A stretch of DNA of 64,000 nucleotides from Candidatus Poribacteria bacterium (GCA_965242965.1 OZ251518.1:3520001-3584000); one strand, 5' to 3'; shown: positions 8,288 to 19,014, counted from the stretch's first letter. The notes: generated by a model not told the origin, from the sequence alone. Made by a program: numbers and translations.

Positions 8288-11179
8288 ATGCCTAACAATC
8301 CAACGCTCGTTTTTCTTGCTATGTTTAGTTTCATGTTCGGCTTTCTCCTCCCGGCTTTTTCACACGATGAGGGAGCGGCAGATGCGACTTTCACTCTCCA
8401 ACTGCTCCACGCGGCAGACATGGAAGGCGGCGTGGAGGCACTTGAAAACGCCCCGCGCTTCTCATCCGTGCTAAACGCGCTCAAGGCAGAAGTTGCCGAT
8501 ACCGTGATTATCGGTGCAGGCGACAGTTACCTCCCCGGCCCGTTTTTCATCGCCGGTAATGACCCGAGTCTCCGTGACGTTTTGGGGCGCGAAGGTTCTG
8601 GACGCGCCGATATCCTAATGCTCAACGCCATGGGTTTTATGGCATCCGCGCTCGGCAACCATGAATTTGATGCTGGCACCGGAGGGCTTGCTAGTTTAAT
8701 TCAAGACGATGGACGCGGCTACGTCGGCACGGCGTTCCCGTTCCTGAGCGCGAACTTAGATTTTAGCACCGATAGCAACCTCGCCGGGCTCGTCGTGAGT
8801 CCTGGGCAAGAGGCTAGCACAATTCCGAACAGCATCACCAAAAGCGTCGTAATTACGACGGCTTCCGGTGGAAAGGTGGCGGTTGTCGGTGTGACTACAC
8901 CGCGGCTCCGCATGCTCGCTTCACCGGGAGATGTGGGGATTGCGCCGGCAGCCCCGGGGGATATTGCGGCACTCGCGGCCATCGTCCAAGAAGCTGTTGA
9001 CGCGCTGACAGCGGAGGGGATTAATAAAATTATCCTCACCGGACATCTGCAGCAGATTCAACTTGACGAGACGATGGCACCCATGCTGCGCGATGTGGAC
9101 ATTATCATCGCTGGCGGCTCAAATACACTCCTTGCGGATACCACCGACCGGATGCTTGATGGCGACATTGCCGAGAAAACCTATCCCATCCTCACCCATT
9201 CCGCGACGAATGAACCGATTGCCATTGTCTCCACCGATGGGGCTTACCGATACGTCGGCCGGCTCGTCGTCGAGTTTGATGGAGTTGGTATCTTAATGCC
9301 TGAGTCCATTGATGCTGCGGTGAGTGGTGTCTTCGCTACGGACGAACAAGGCGTTGTGGATACCGGCAACGCGGCACCTGCACCGCGCGTCGTTGAAATT
9401 ACCGAAGCAATCCGGAACATCGTCGTGGTGAAAGATGGCAATCTCTTTGGGCAAACCAGCGTCTACCTGAACGGCAGTCGCCGTTCTATTCGGACAGAAG
9501 AGACGAACATGGGTAGTTTAACCGCCGCTGCAGACTTGGCAGCGGCAAGACGCGTCGACCCGGGCGTGGTGGCATGCTTCAAAAATGGCGGCGGCATCCG
9601 CGGTTCCATCGGCGTGCGGGCTTACGGCGAAACGCTTCCACCGCCTGCGAACCCGTTAGTCGGCAAAGCAGCAGGACAAATCTCGCAGATGGACATCGAA
9701 AACGTGCTGCGTTTCAACGACGATTTGTCGTTGCTCACACTGACAGCACCGCAACTTCTGGCGGTTGTGGAGCACGCTGTGGCAGCCTCAGAGCCGGGTG
9801 CAACCGCCGGACAGTTTACGCAGGTTGCTGGGCTCGCTTTCAGTTTCGATTTGGCGCAGCCCCCGGGTTCGCGCGTGCAATCGCTTGTCATCACCGATGC
9901 CGATGGAAACCCCACCGATGTCGTTGCACAGGAAGGGAAACTTATCGGCAGCCCCAAACGGGCTTTCCGCATCGTTACGCTTAATTTCCTTGCCGATGGC
10001 GGCGATGGCTATCCGTATCCGAATTTCCCGAATACTGACAGGGTGGAACTTCCGACGCTGTTAACGGAGGAACTTTCCGGTGGAAACGCGACGTTTGCCA
10101 GACCGGGGACGGAGCAGGACGCGCTGGCGGAATATCTCGCCGCGCATTTCTCTGAAACGCCGTTCGCCGTTGCCGATGTCGGCCCCGAAAGCGATGAACG
10201 CATTCAGAATCTAGCCTTCCGTGCGGATAGTTTGAGCGGGTTAGCACCGACACCTAGCACCTTTGACGTTGAACTCAGCGCGGGATTGAATATGGTGAGT
10301 TTACCGCTGATGCCAGCCGAACCTTATACTGCGCGTGCCTTCATGGAGAAAGTCGGCGCGACGGCTGTCATTGCGTATAATACGGCAATTGGGAAGTTTG
10401 TCGGGTTCACCGCGAATTCTGCTGGCGATGGATTTGCCATTGATGGCGGGAAAGGCTACATCGTCAACGTCACTGAAGCGAAAAGCGTCAGTTTCACCGG
10501 GAATGGATGGGAAAACGCTCTCGCTGCACCCTTGAATGCCACACGCGCAGCCGAGCGGGTTAACGCGCACGTAGCGCGAGTGCCTGTCCCTCGCGATTCC
10601 TCGGCATGGGCATTTATTCTGCACGCGCAACTTGAAGGCATCACTGGTGTGACGTTGACTGTCTATAACAGCCGCGGCAAAGTGGTTTCCGAAAGTGTTG
10701 ATGGAAGTCACGCAGTCTGGGCAAACATGAGTCAGCAGGCGGTTGTTTCTGCTGGTGATACGCTGACGATTGAGGTGCGCGATGCAAGCGATGACGTAAT
10801 TCACAGGCTGCAACATCGGGTTACTGCTATGGATATCCAGCGCGCGTTCACAGAACTGCGCCTTACACCCCCTGATTTGAAACCGACGCAGACAGGCTTG
10901 TTTGCCAATTATCCGAATCCGTTTAACCCGGAAACGTGGCTGCCGTATCAGTTGGCGAATGACACTGATGTCGTCATTCACATCTACGCCGCGAACGGGC
11001 AACTTGTCCGTAGACTGGAGTTCGGATTCCAGAGTGCTGGCTATTACGTTGACAAATCACGCGCCGCGTATTGGGATGGCAGAAATGAACTGGGCGAACC
11101 GATGGCTTCCGGTGTCTATTTCTATCAACTCATCACGCCTGAATTCACAACGACTCGGAAGCTGGGTATTGTGAAGTAG
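8288..11179 (+). CDS. Secreted metallophosphatase/5'-nucleotidase with C-terminal FlgD-Ig/T9SS-like domain
   Basis: Signal peptide; LLHAADMEG, GAGDSY, GNHEFD, NGGGIR, FLADGGDGY motifs; C-terminal NYPNPFNPETW...WDGRNELGE...SGVYFY. Confidence 0.88.
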   Translation: MPNNPTLVFLAMFSFMFGFLLPAFSHDEGAADATFTLQLLHAADMEGGVEALENAPRFSSVLNALKAEVADTVIIGAGDSYLPGPFFIAGNDPSLRDVLGREGSGRADILMLNAMGFMASALGNHEFDAGTGGLASLIQDDGRGYVGTAFPFLSANLDFSTDSNLAGLVVSPGQEASTIPNSITKSVVITTASGGKVAVVGVTTPRLRMLASPGDVGIAPAAPGDIAALAAIVQEAVDALTAEGINKIILTGHLQQIQLDETMAPMLRDVDIIIAGGSNTLLADTTDRMLDGDIAEKTYPILTHSATNEPIAIVSTDGAYRYVGRLVVEFDGVGILMPESIDAAVSGVFATDEQGVVDTGNAAPAPRVVEITEAIRNIVVVKDGNLFGQTSVYLNGSRRSIRTEETNMGSLTAAADLAAARRVDPGVVACFKNGGGIRGSIGVRAYGETLPPPANPLVGKAAGQISQMDIENVLRFNDDLSLLTLTAPQLLAVVEHAVAASEPGATAGQFTQVAGLAFSFDLAQPPGSRVQSLVITDADGNPTDVVAQEGKLIGSPKRAFRIVTLNFLADGGDGYPYPNFPNTDRVELPTLLTEELSGGNATFARPGTEQDALAEYLAAHFSETPFAVADVGPESDERIQNLAFRADSLSGLAPTPSTFDVELSAGLNMVSLPLMPAEPYTARAFMEKVGATAVIAYNTAIGKFVGFTANSAGDGFAIDGGKGYIVNVTEAKSVSFTGNGWENALAAPLNATRAAERVNAHVARVPVPRDSSAWAFILHAQLEGITGVTLTVYNSRGKVVSESVDGSHAVWANMSQQAVVSAGDTLTIEVRDASDDVIHRLQHRVTAMDIQRAFTELRLTPPDLKPTQTGLFANYPNPFNPETWLPYQLANDTDVVIHIYAANGQLVRRLEFGFQSAGYYVDKSRAAYWDGRNELGEPMASGVYFYQLITPEFTTTRKLGIVK

Positions 11180-11184
11180 GGACA

Positions 11185-12052
11185 ACCTACGCGGGGGACA
11201 GGCCCCCGCGCTGCGGAAAAAAACGGCACGTCATCGTAGGGCTTGGGCCCTCGCATGCCACACGCGCATGCGAGCGGGTTTCCCTCGCCATCGTCCGCGC
11301 TACGCAAAAAACGTCTCTTGTTCTCTTCAGGTCCGTAGGACCTAAAAACATAACTTGACGATGGAGATCGCGGGGGACAGGCCCCCGCGCTACGATGAAA
11401 AAAACGGCGTGCGTTACCGTAGGGCGAGGGCCTGTCCCTCGCCATCGTTCTCGGCCACGGACACTCGCGAGGGACAGGCCCCCGCGCTACGGTAAAAAAC
11501 GGTATGTCATTGAACGCTCGCGGGGGCCTGTCCCCCGCGCTACCGGGAAAAAACGGCACTTCACCGTAGGACCTTAATGTCTATAGCACGCGCGCCCGCC
11601 AAGAACGCTAAGGTCCTTTAGGTCCTTAATAGATTTTGCCAGGTCCACGCGTTTTTTATTAAGGACCTAAAGGACCTTGAAAAGGTGCCTGCACGTGTTT
11701 CTATAGACATTAAGGACCTAAAGACCTAAAACGCCACCGTTTGACGATGGAGATTGCGGGGGACAGGCCCCCGCGCTACGGGGAAAAAACGGCACTTCAC
11801 CGTAGGGCGTGGGCCTGTCCCTCGCAATCGTTCGGGCACCCCAACACTCGCGGGGGACAGGCCCCCGCCCTACGGGAACATCGAGACCGGGAGGTCTCTC
11901 CTACCGGTGTTGCATCGAGATTCGAGGTTTCTCCTACCGGAAGGAATCGGGCCCATCTCTGTAGTTCGGGAGCGCCCGCTCCCGAACGGGTCAGGATCGG
12001 GCGCTCCTGAACTACAGAGGTGATGACGTTGCGCGATTTATGAAACACCCTA
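11185..12052. repeat. Modular REP cluster between convergent genes
   Basis: All module types are present. The terminal TTATGAAACACCCTA overlaps the sulfatase stop codon. Confidence 0.85.
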
Positions 12053-13465
12053 GGCGCGCTTTGAAAGCGCGCCTACTGGTTTCCTCCATTGCCCCGCAGT
12101 CACCTGCTCAATCAAAATGCGCGCCTTCTGACTTTCGCGCACCTGTCTCTCAATCTCAACAGGATTCCAGTCTTCTAGGAGTTGTGCCTCCAGTTCCTCG
12201 CGAATCGCTTGATACGCGGGCTCATCAGCGAGGTTATGAAATTCCCCCGGGTCTTCGCTGATGTCATAAAGTTCCGGCGCATCGCCGAGGCTATAGTTGA
12301 ATTTGTATCTCCCTTGCCGCAGCATCGCCATAGGGCGCGCCACCCCGTGCGCGAGGTATTCCGAGAAGGCGAAATTGTTCCACTCAGGCGCAGTGCCTTG
12401 TATCAAAGGCATCAGACTATCGCCATCCATCTGTCTCCCCTGCTGCGCGTTTGCTAAATCAACCAACGTCGCCGTCAAATCGACAAGCGAGACGACTTCA
12501 TCGATGCGTTTCCCTGCCTGCAGATGTCCCGGCAACTTCATTTGCAACGGCACGCGCGCCGATGCCTCGTAGAAATTAGACTTCCGCCACATCCCGTGCT
12601 CGCCGTTCATTTCACCGTGGTCGCTGGTGTAAATAACCACGGTATTCTCCGCCTGTCCGGTTTCCTCAAGAGCCGTGAGTAACCTGCCGATTTTCTCGTC
12701 AAGGTAAGTAATCAGGCCATAATAGCCGGCTCTCCCTCTGCGCACCAGTTCTTCGGGGAAATCGATACATCCGAACATGCGCCGCATCCGTTGATAGACA
12801 GGATGCTGGTTTTCGAGGTGTCCCTTCGGGATGTGAGGCATATCGATTTCGTCAAGCGGATAGAGATTCCAAAATCGCTGCGGCACGACAAGCGGAAAGT
12901 GCGGTGCGATAAAGGAGACGTTGAGGGCCCACGGTTGCTCCTTCCGCGCCGTATCGCGGAGATATTCCAACGCCGCCGTTTCTGCTAAATCATCCACCTT
13001 GATTTCTTCAGTCGTGCCGGGGCCTGCTTGTGCGAGTCCTTGCCATGGACGCTTTGCCGGTGGCGTGCCGTTTTCCCAATCGGTGAGCGCGTGCTGTCGT
13101 TCGGCGTGCAAATCGCGGGCGAGTTGTGCGCGGAATCCGTGGAGTTGTTCCATGCCGCCGAAGTGCTGTTTCCCGGCGAGAACGACATCGTAACCTGCGT
13201 TGCGCAGCAGATGCGCCCATGTGATTTCATCGGATGCCAACGGTGTTGCATTATCCCACGTGCCGATGTGGTGGATGTATTTGCCAGTCATGAAAGACAT
13301 CCGCGACGGCATGCAAAGCGGCGAGTTGCAATAGGCGTTCGTGAATGTGATGCCGTTTTCAGCGAGTCTGTCGAGATTCGGAGTCTGAACGAGTGGGTGT
13401 CCGTATGGGCTGCTGAACATGGGTGCGTGTTCATCGGACATGATGATGAGAAGGTTTGGGGGCAT
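12050..13465 (-). CDS. Choline-sulfatase-like sulfatase
   Basis: PNLLIIMSDEH, CNSPLCMPSRMS, YTSDHGEM, SEYLAHG motifs resemble the BetC group. Confidence 0.85.
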   Translation of the reverse strand: MPPNLLIIMSDEHAPMFSSPYGHPLVQTPNLDRLAENGITFTNAYCNSPLCMPSRMSFMTGKYIHHIGTWDNATPLASDEITWAHLLRNAGYDVVLAGKQHFGGMEQLHGFRAQLARDLHAERQHALTDWENGTPPAKRPWQGLAQAGPGTTEEIKVDDLAETAALEYLRDTARKEQPWALNVSFIAPHFPLVVPQRFWNLYPLDEIDMPHIPKGHLENQHPVYQRMRRMFGCIDFPEELVRRGRAGYYGLITYLDEKIGRLLTALEETGQAENTVVIYTSDHGEMNGEHGMWRKSNFYEASARVPLQMKLPGHLQAGKRIDEVVSLVDLTATLVDLANAQQGRQMDGDSLMPLIQGTAPEWNNFAFSEYLAHGVARPMAMLRQGRYKFNYSLGDAPELYDISEDPGEFHNLADEPAYQAIREELEAQLLEDWNPVEIERQVRESQKARILIEQVTAGQWRKPVGALSKRA

Positions 13466-13492
13466 GGTTGGGGTTTCCTCCTATAAACATAG

Positions 13493-15505
13493 TTACCTGA
13501 ACTCATTGGCGACTTGCACCAGATCCAGCACATTCACAACACCATCGCCGTTGACATCTGGAGCGGCTTTGCCGAAACCATTCGCCACGTGAACGAGGTC
13601 CAGAATGTTGATAACGCCATCGCCGTTGACATCGTTTTTGTCGGTTGTCTGTTTCAGATAGATTTCGCCATCCAAATCGGGGAGGGTGTGGCGTGTGTTT
13701 CGCAAGCCGCTCTCAACGCCTGTCGCTTGCTGTGGTAGATGGATGGTTTGCTGCGCACGGCTGCGGTTGTAAACAGCCCATCCGTTGGTGAATTCGCGGA
13801 TGAAGACCCCGGGGCGATTTCCATAAAGTTGCGCTTTGGGGCCGATGGGTTGTCCGAGCTCTGCATCCCAGAAATCATACCAGTAGTGTTCGTGCTGATG
13901 GTCATGCGCTTTTCCACTCACGTGCTCTGCCGCATGCCCAGCCCAAATCTCGTAGTGATGTTCATGATCTTGCGAGCCGATTCCGGTGACATAGACGACA
14001 TATCCATCGGAATGCGTGAGACTGAGGGTTGTGATAACTCGCATCCACCGCTGATTCTTCGGGGTATCAAGCGGTTCAGTCTCAATTCCCCACCCTTCCA
14101 AGCCGTTTATTTGAGGGGCTCGTAAATTTTCCTCGGCCCAGAGAAGCGTGCTTTCAAGTTCGTAAAGGCCACCGTGGGTGTAACCCTCGTCGTGATCTCG
14201 GCCCGTTTCCATAAACGTCCCGTTCACATAAGGCGCAGAACGCGGGATCTTACTACGATTGGTGTTCACCATAATGAGAAAATCATCGCCAACCTCGGCC
14301 CGAATGCGCTGGAGGATGCTTACCATCGCATCCACCTCCGTGGCGAGGTCGCGATGGCCCTGTAACGCGCTCCACTCCTCACTCCACCAATCAAAGAAGA
14401 TACCGTCGTAGAGTCCGCATCTTGCCACGGCTATTGCCTTTTGAACGATTCCCTCTTGCACGTCCGGATGTGTGAAGTCAATGAGGAAGCTACTCCATCC
14501 TACATCCCTGACACGGTTGCCAGCTTCATCTCTGACCCAGTGCGGCCAGTCCTCTGGATACTCCTTGGGCCCCGCCAAATTAAACTCAACTCCGACAAGG
14601 AACAGCATGTTTGGATTTTGAGAAAACAGTGCATCGCGTTGTTCCTGTGCCGCCGCCAAATCACCCATAAGTTGAACCCCTTGGGCGGTAGATTGCCAAT
14701 ACAGTCCAAACAAGGGACAACAAAAATACAGGTCATGATACGCCAATCGCTCGTCCCGTGACAAGGTAGGCAGATTGATGATGTTATGCCATGCGGCAAA
14801 AATGGAAGGAAAGTTTCGTTCCATGAGCCGGTCGGCGAGCTGTGTTCCCGGCAGTTCGCAACTCATATCGTATTTAAACTCCAACAATGGCAGCGCACGA
14901 AGCGGCTCATAATCTTGAATAGGGTTGCCCTGCAGATGGAGTGACTTCAAATTTGTTAGGTTCACAAGCGGTGTCACATCAAAAATCTGATTGCCTGCCA
15001 ACCACAAATCTTCCAGTCGTGTCAGACGTGCTAACGGTATTATATCTTCGATCAAATTCCACTGAACGCGAAGCCCTTCCAGTTGTGTTAAGTTTTGAAT
15101 CGGGGTGAGATCTGAAATTTGACATCCCCCCAGATCCAGCCATGTCAAATTCGTGAGGTTTGATAACGGCGTGAGATCTGAAATTGCGTTCTCAAAGCCC
15201 ACGATACTTTCTAAGCGAATTAATTCCGCTAAAGGCGTAAGATCTCGAATAGCATTGCGTGCAATTCCGAGATACGTCAAATGTGTTGCGTGCTCCAACC
15301 CGGTCAGGTCTGTTATCTGGCGACCGGAAGCCTCCAGTCGAGTTAACCGAAGCATTTCGACTGGCTGCAATGAGAGCTCATTCGGCATCCCGAGTTCGTC
15401 GCGCACGGCCTGTCGTAAGCTCGGGTCGGGCATCCACTCTTCCTGCGCCGCTGCAATGCCGACAGCAATCAAGGAGGAGATGCAGCCTATCAAAATCTGC
15501 TTCAT
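13493..15505 (-). CDS. Secreted internalin-type LRR protein with putative glycoside hydrolase domain and dockerin-like tail
   Basis: Signal peptide; LxxLxLxxNxIxDLxPL repeats; YDGIFFDWW; duplicated DVNGDGVVNxLDLV. Confidence 0.85.
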   Translation of the reverse strand: MKQILIGCISSLIAVGIAAAQEEWMPDPSLRQAVRDELGMPNELSLQPVEMLRLTRLEASGRQITDLTGLEHATHLTYLGIARNAIRDLTPLAELIRLESIVGFENAISDLTPLSNLTNLTWLDLGGCQISDLTPIQNLTQLEGLRVQWNLIEDIIPLARLTRLEDLWLAGNQIFDVTPLVNLTNLKSLHLQGNPIQDYEPLRALPLLEFKYDMSCELPGTQLADRLMERNFPSIFAAWHNIINLPTLSRDERLAYHDLYFCCPLFGLYWQSTAQGVQLMGDLAAAQEQRDALFSQNPNMLFLVGVEFNLAGPKEYPEDWPHWVRDEAGNRVRDVGWSSFLIDFTHPDVQEGIVQKAIAVARCGLYDGIFFDWWSEEWSALQGHRDLATEVDAMVSILQRIRAEVGDDFLIMVNTNRSKIPRSAPYVNGTFMETGRDHDEGYTHGGLYELESTLLWAEENLRAPQINGLEGWGIETEPLDTPKNQRWMRVITTLSLTHSDGYVVYVTGIGSQDHEHHYEIWAGHAAEHVSGKAHDHQHEHYWYDFWDAELGQPIGPKAQLYGNRPGVFIREFTNGWAVYNRSRAQQTIHLPQQATGVESGLRNTRHTLPDLDGEIYLKQTTDKNDVNGDGVINILDLVHVANGFGKAAPDVNGDGVVNVLDLVQVANEFR

Positions 15506-15587
15506 CGTTTTTCATTTCCCTTTGTGTGCGGGCGGATGTTGACATCCGTCCTGGGTTTAGGTTTTCGCGATGGCATTGTGCTATCGA

Positions 15588-16754
15588 TTACGCCGCGAAT
15601 TGCTGGAGATTGGTGCCGTTCTGGTTCTGGAGCGAGTCCGTTGATAGTTGGCGCATCTCGCGGTTAAATTTTCCGTGCTGAATCAGGTTTTCCTCCGCAG
15701 GTTGTGTGCGGCTTTCCTCTTCTCGCTCCCCTGTCAGCATTGCAGCAATATCTTCCGGCAATTCAACGCCTCGTTCGCGGGCGGCAGCCAGATCTACTTC
15801 GGCTTTTTCCCATTCGCGCAGGTATGCCGACGCTAGGGCACGGGCGTAATAGGCTTGCCCATCAGGTTTCAATTTTATCGCTTTCGTGTAGTCAGCAATG
15901 GCTCGTGTAATCTTGCCTTTGCTAAAGTAAGCGTTGCCACGGATGAAATAGGCCTGAGATTCATTGGGCTCTCGTTCTATTGCCGCGTCATAGTTTGCAA
16001 TAGCCTTATCTATCTCGTCTTTTAGAAGATAAGCAACGCCGAGATTGAGATAGGCTCTCGCCTCCTCAGGGGTAAGTTCTATCGCTTTTTGGCAGTTTGT
16101 AATAGCCGAATCAGTTTCGCCTTTTTCGATGAAAGCAAAACCGAGACTGAGATAGGTTCTTGCATCAGTGGGATTCAGTCTTATTGCCTGCGTGTAGTCT
16201 TCAATCGCCAAGTCAACTTCGCCATTAGTGTAGTGAACGTCGCCGCGCTTGACGTAGGCAGCGGCGTATTTGGGATTGAGTTCTATTGCCGTGGTAAAAT
16301 CCATAACGGCTCTGTCAAACTCGCCTGCGAGTATGTAGACACCGCCGCGGTTATGGTAGAACTTAGCGTTCTCCGGATTGATGCGTATCGCCTGAGCGCA
16401 GTCCTTGATGGCGAGGCCGAACTTGCCTTTGATGGCATAGGCAGTTCCTCGTTGCGCGTATGCTTCGGCATAGTCCGAATCAGACCGGATTGCGGCGGTG
16501 AAGTCCTGAATCGCTAAGTCAACTTCACCTTTTCCATTGTAGGCGATGCCGCGGCTGTAATGGACGCGAGCACGCCGCCGGGTTCGTCTTAACGCGGAAG
16601 TAAAGTCCGCAATCGCCAGATCGAACTCCCCCATGCTGAGGTAGACATCGCCGCGGTGAATGTAGGGCACGACAAAGGGGTGACTCATCTCAATCGCGTT
16701 GGTAAAGTGCTTGACAGATTGTCTGTAATGCTCAAGCTGCGTTTGGGTTACCAT
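15588..16754 (-). CDS. TPR-repeat protein (probable C-terminal part of a split FRG-TPR gene)
   Basis: About 9 TPR units (AYxxRGxAY...AIxDYxxAIxLxP). Confidence 0.85.
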   Translation of the reverse strand: MVTQTQLEHYRQSVKHFTNAIEMSHPFVVPYIHRGDVYLSMGEFDLAIADFTSALRRTRRRARVHYSRGIAYNGKGEVDLAIQDFTAAIRSDSDYAEAYAQRGTAYAIKGKFGLAIKDCAQAIRINPENAKFYHNRGGVYILAGEFDRAVMDFTTAIELNPKYAAAYVKRGDVHYTNGEVDLAIEDYTQAIRLNPTDARTYLSLGFAFIEKGETDSAITNCQKAIELTPEEARAYLNLGVAYLLKDEIDKAIANYDAAIEREPNESQAYFIRGNAYFSKGKITRAIADYTKAIKLKPDGQAYYARALASAYLREWEKAEVDLAAARERGVELPEDIAAMLTGEREEESRTQPAEENLIQHGKFNREMRQLSTDSLQNQNGTNLQQFAA

Positions 16755-17472
16755 TTTCTGAGTCTCCTTTCCGTTTATAGGCTAAGCCCAGATAAATCTC
16801 CGTGTAGAGTTCTAGGGTGCGGCGTTGATGGCCAATAAATCCGTGGATGTCGTTATAGATAGTCGCCGGCGTGATACCGTGATACCTATCAAGGTGTTCC
16901 CGCAACGGCTTTTTGAGGCCTGCTGGAATGTTGATAACGTCGTTCCTGTTCGGTTCAATAAAACCGTCGGGATGTTCGACAAATACGCTTTTCTGTGCGA
17001 TAACGCGATTTATCGGTTCATAAGGTTCTGCGATGTAGGCATTTAACAGTGCCTTTTCCTGCAAGATAACCCTACCGTTTTCACCAGGCGAACCGTCGCA
17101 GGCAAAGAAGAGCGCGATGAGGTAGTCCTCCGTAAAATCGATGAGGTTGGTTTTTCCACCGTAGTGTTGGATTTCGGAGAGGCGTTCAAGTTCCTCCACC
17201 GGTTTACGGGAAAACTCTTTCACCGTGTCCAACATTTCTGTTTGGACTTCCGCTATATCAAATTGCTCCTGCACAACGTCAAAACCTTCGCGTCTGAGGA
17301 AGACGCGGTAGAGGTTTGATGAAACTTTCCCATGATAAGGCGGTTCCTGATAATGCGCCGGTTCACCGCGAAAAAGGTAATCGTCCTCGCGCGATTTTGC
17401 CTCAATTTTTCGGAGAAGTCCCTCAACGGTAGATTCCCCGTTGAGGGACTCGGTTTTGTTCGGTTTGCTCAT
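16732..17472 (-). CDS. FRG-domain protein
   Basis: YLFRGEP, QHYGGKTNLIDFT, ALFFAC, RVIAQKSVF motifs. Start at MSKPN after GGAGCAGGA. Confidence 0.85.
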   Translation of the reverse strand: MSKPNKTESLNGESTVEGLLRKIEAKSREDDYLFRGEPAHYQEPPYHGKVSSNLYRVFLRREGFDVVQEQFDIAEVQTEMLDTVKEFSRKPVEELERLSEIQHYGGKTNLIDFTEDYLIALFFACDGSPGENGRVILQEKALLNAYIAEPYEPINRVIAQKSVFVEHPDGFIEPNRNDVINIPAGLKKPLREHLDRYHGITPATIYNDIHGFIGHQRRTLELYTEIYLGLAYKRKGDSENGNPNAA

Positions 17473-17543
17473 TCCTGCTCCTTTTAAAAATGATACCTTA
17501 TTTGACAAAAGATATCAACCAAAAAGCGAGGCAGTGAATGCGA

Positions 17544-18587
17544 CTAACCCGCAGCAGTCTCTCCTGCTTCCTGCAAGGCCGCCGCTGCGCGCACTGCCGG
17601 TTCCGCAGTCGCGTCGCGCTTGATGATGCGGTTTAAATGCAACACGGCACGGGCATCGCCACCCCTCGCTAACTCCAACGCTTCCTCGAAACCTCTGTTG
17701 CCGTAACTGAAGTCTCTCGGAATCACCGTGAGTTCGTGAGCCTTCCAATAATACTTCAGTTCATCGGAGTGCCAGTCGCGGTAGACATCTTCCCACTGGA
17801 GCGCGTTGAAGATGTTCAGGTGCGGCTCAAGCATGTGCTCCGCGATGGGCGCGTCGACTGCCTGATAACGGTTGTCTAGAGACACGCGAAGCCGGTCTTC
17901 CGTTAAATTCGGCAGTGCCTTGTGGATAGTCAGCGCAGGGAAAATCAGCGTATCCCCGATTTCGTAGTTTGTAGAGTGCCATTCGCCTTCCAAATCGTCG
18001 GTATTGACGCACAGCCCACCGGCCCCGAGCGAGAAGTGGTGTTCCAGCACCTTATTGGATTTGTGCGAACCCGGCAGCACCGCCAAGCCGCCTAACTCAA
18101 TGGGGCAATCCCCGACAGGTGCCCAGCAGGTATACGTCTCGAAATTGCCTTGGAAGTGGACGAAGTCCTGATGGATAGGGGTGGTATGCGCCGTATACTT
18201 CGGAAACCAGAGGCGCGCAATCTTCTGTGGGTGCGGCAGCACCGGCTTGCCGATAATCTTCTCCACCATCCCGATGACCTCGGGCCAATGCCCCGAGCGG
18301 TGGAACGCCTCTAGTTTATACACCTCGTGGTAAACCTCCGCGTATTCCGAGTCGCCTTCGGTGCATTGGGTGGAGATATCGGCGATGCCATCTATCGGTT
18401 CGGTGCCAGCGACGAGCCAGCCGCCGGCTTGGATGGTTGTAAGCATCTCCTCGCGGAGAGCCCAGAGTTTACCCGGGTCTTGCAACTTCTTGAAGAAGAG
18501 GTATCCTTCCTCGGCGATGCGGAGACGGAGTTCTTCCGGGTTATTCATCGCGTCGTTTGAGACGCGGAGTTCTTTTAATGCTGACAT
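17544..18587 (-). CDS. Phytanoyl-CoA dioxygenase (PhyH) family protein
   Basis: TPIHQD, CWAPVGD, GGLAVLPGSH, HKALPN, RVSLDNRY motifs. Confidence 0.88.
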   Translation of the reverse strand: MSALKELRVSNDAMNNPEELRLRIAEEGYLFFKKLQDPGKLWALREEMLTTIQAGGWLVAGTEPIDGIADISTQCTEGDSEYAEVYHEVYKLEAFHRSGHWPEVIGMVEKIIGKPVLPHPQKIARLWFPKYTAHTTPIHQDFVHFQGNFETYTCWAPVGDCPIELGGLAVLPGSHKSNKVLEHHFSLGAGGLCVNTDDLEGEWHSTNYEIGDTLIFPALTIHKALPNLTEDRLRVSLDNRYQAVDAPIAEHMLEPHLNIFNALQWEDVYRDWHSDELKYYWKAHELTVIPRDFSYGNRGFEEALELARGGDARAVLHLNRIIKRDATAEPAVRAAAALQEAGETAAG

Positions 18588-18618
18588 CTGACTTTCTCCT
18601 TGCTAATAGGTGTAAATT

Positions 18619-18650
18619 AAGGATACCACATGAGGAGGTCTGGAGTCAAG
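18619..18650 (-). promoter_or_regulatory. Putative sigma70 promoter of the PhyH gene
   Basis: Minus strand TTGACT-18bp-TATCCT (spacer ends TGG); near-identical copy at 25966-25995. Confidence 0.5.
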
Positions 18651-18689
18651 TTGTTTTGCGTTTTTAGTCAGAGCGGTTCCGTTTTCCGT

Positions 18690-19013
18690 TTGGATTGAGG
18701 ATTTGCGAGGGACAGGCTCTCGCCAGCATCCGCGCACTCCAACGCGCGCGGGGGCCTGTCCCCCGCGCTACGATAAAAAACGCCGCCCCTCACCGTAGGG
18801 CGAGGGCCTGTCCCTCGCCATCGTTCTTGCGCCAGGCCCTGTAGTTCGGGCTCGCCGGATCCTGACCTGTTTGTGATCAGGCGCGCACAAACTACAGCGG
18901 GGGAAACACACATCATGCCGATGGAGATCGCGGGGGACAGGCCCCCGCGCTACGGGACAATCGAGACCGGGAGGTCTCTCCTACCGAACACATCGAAATA
19001 TGAAACACCCTCA
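18690..19013. repeat. Modular REP cluster
   Basis: Same modules; ends TATGAAACACCCTCA one base from the next gene's TAA. Confidence 0.8.
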
Positions 19014-19014
19014 T

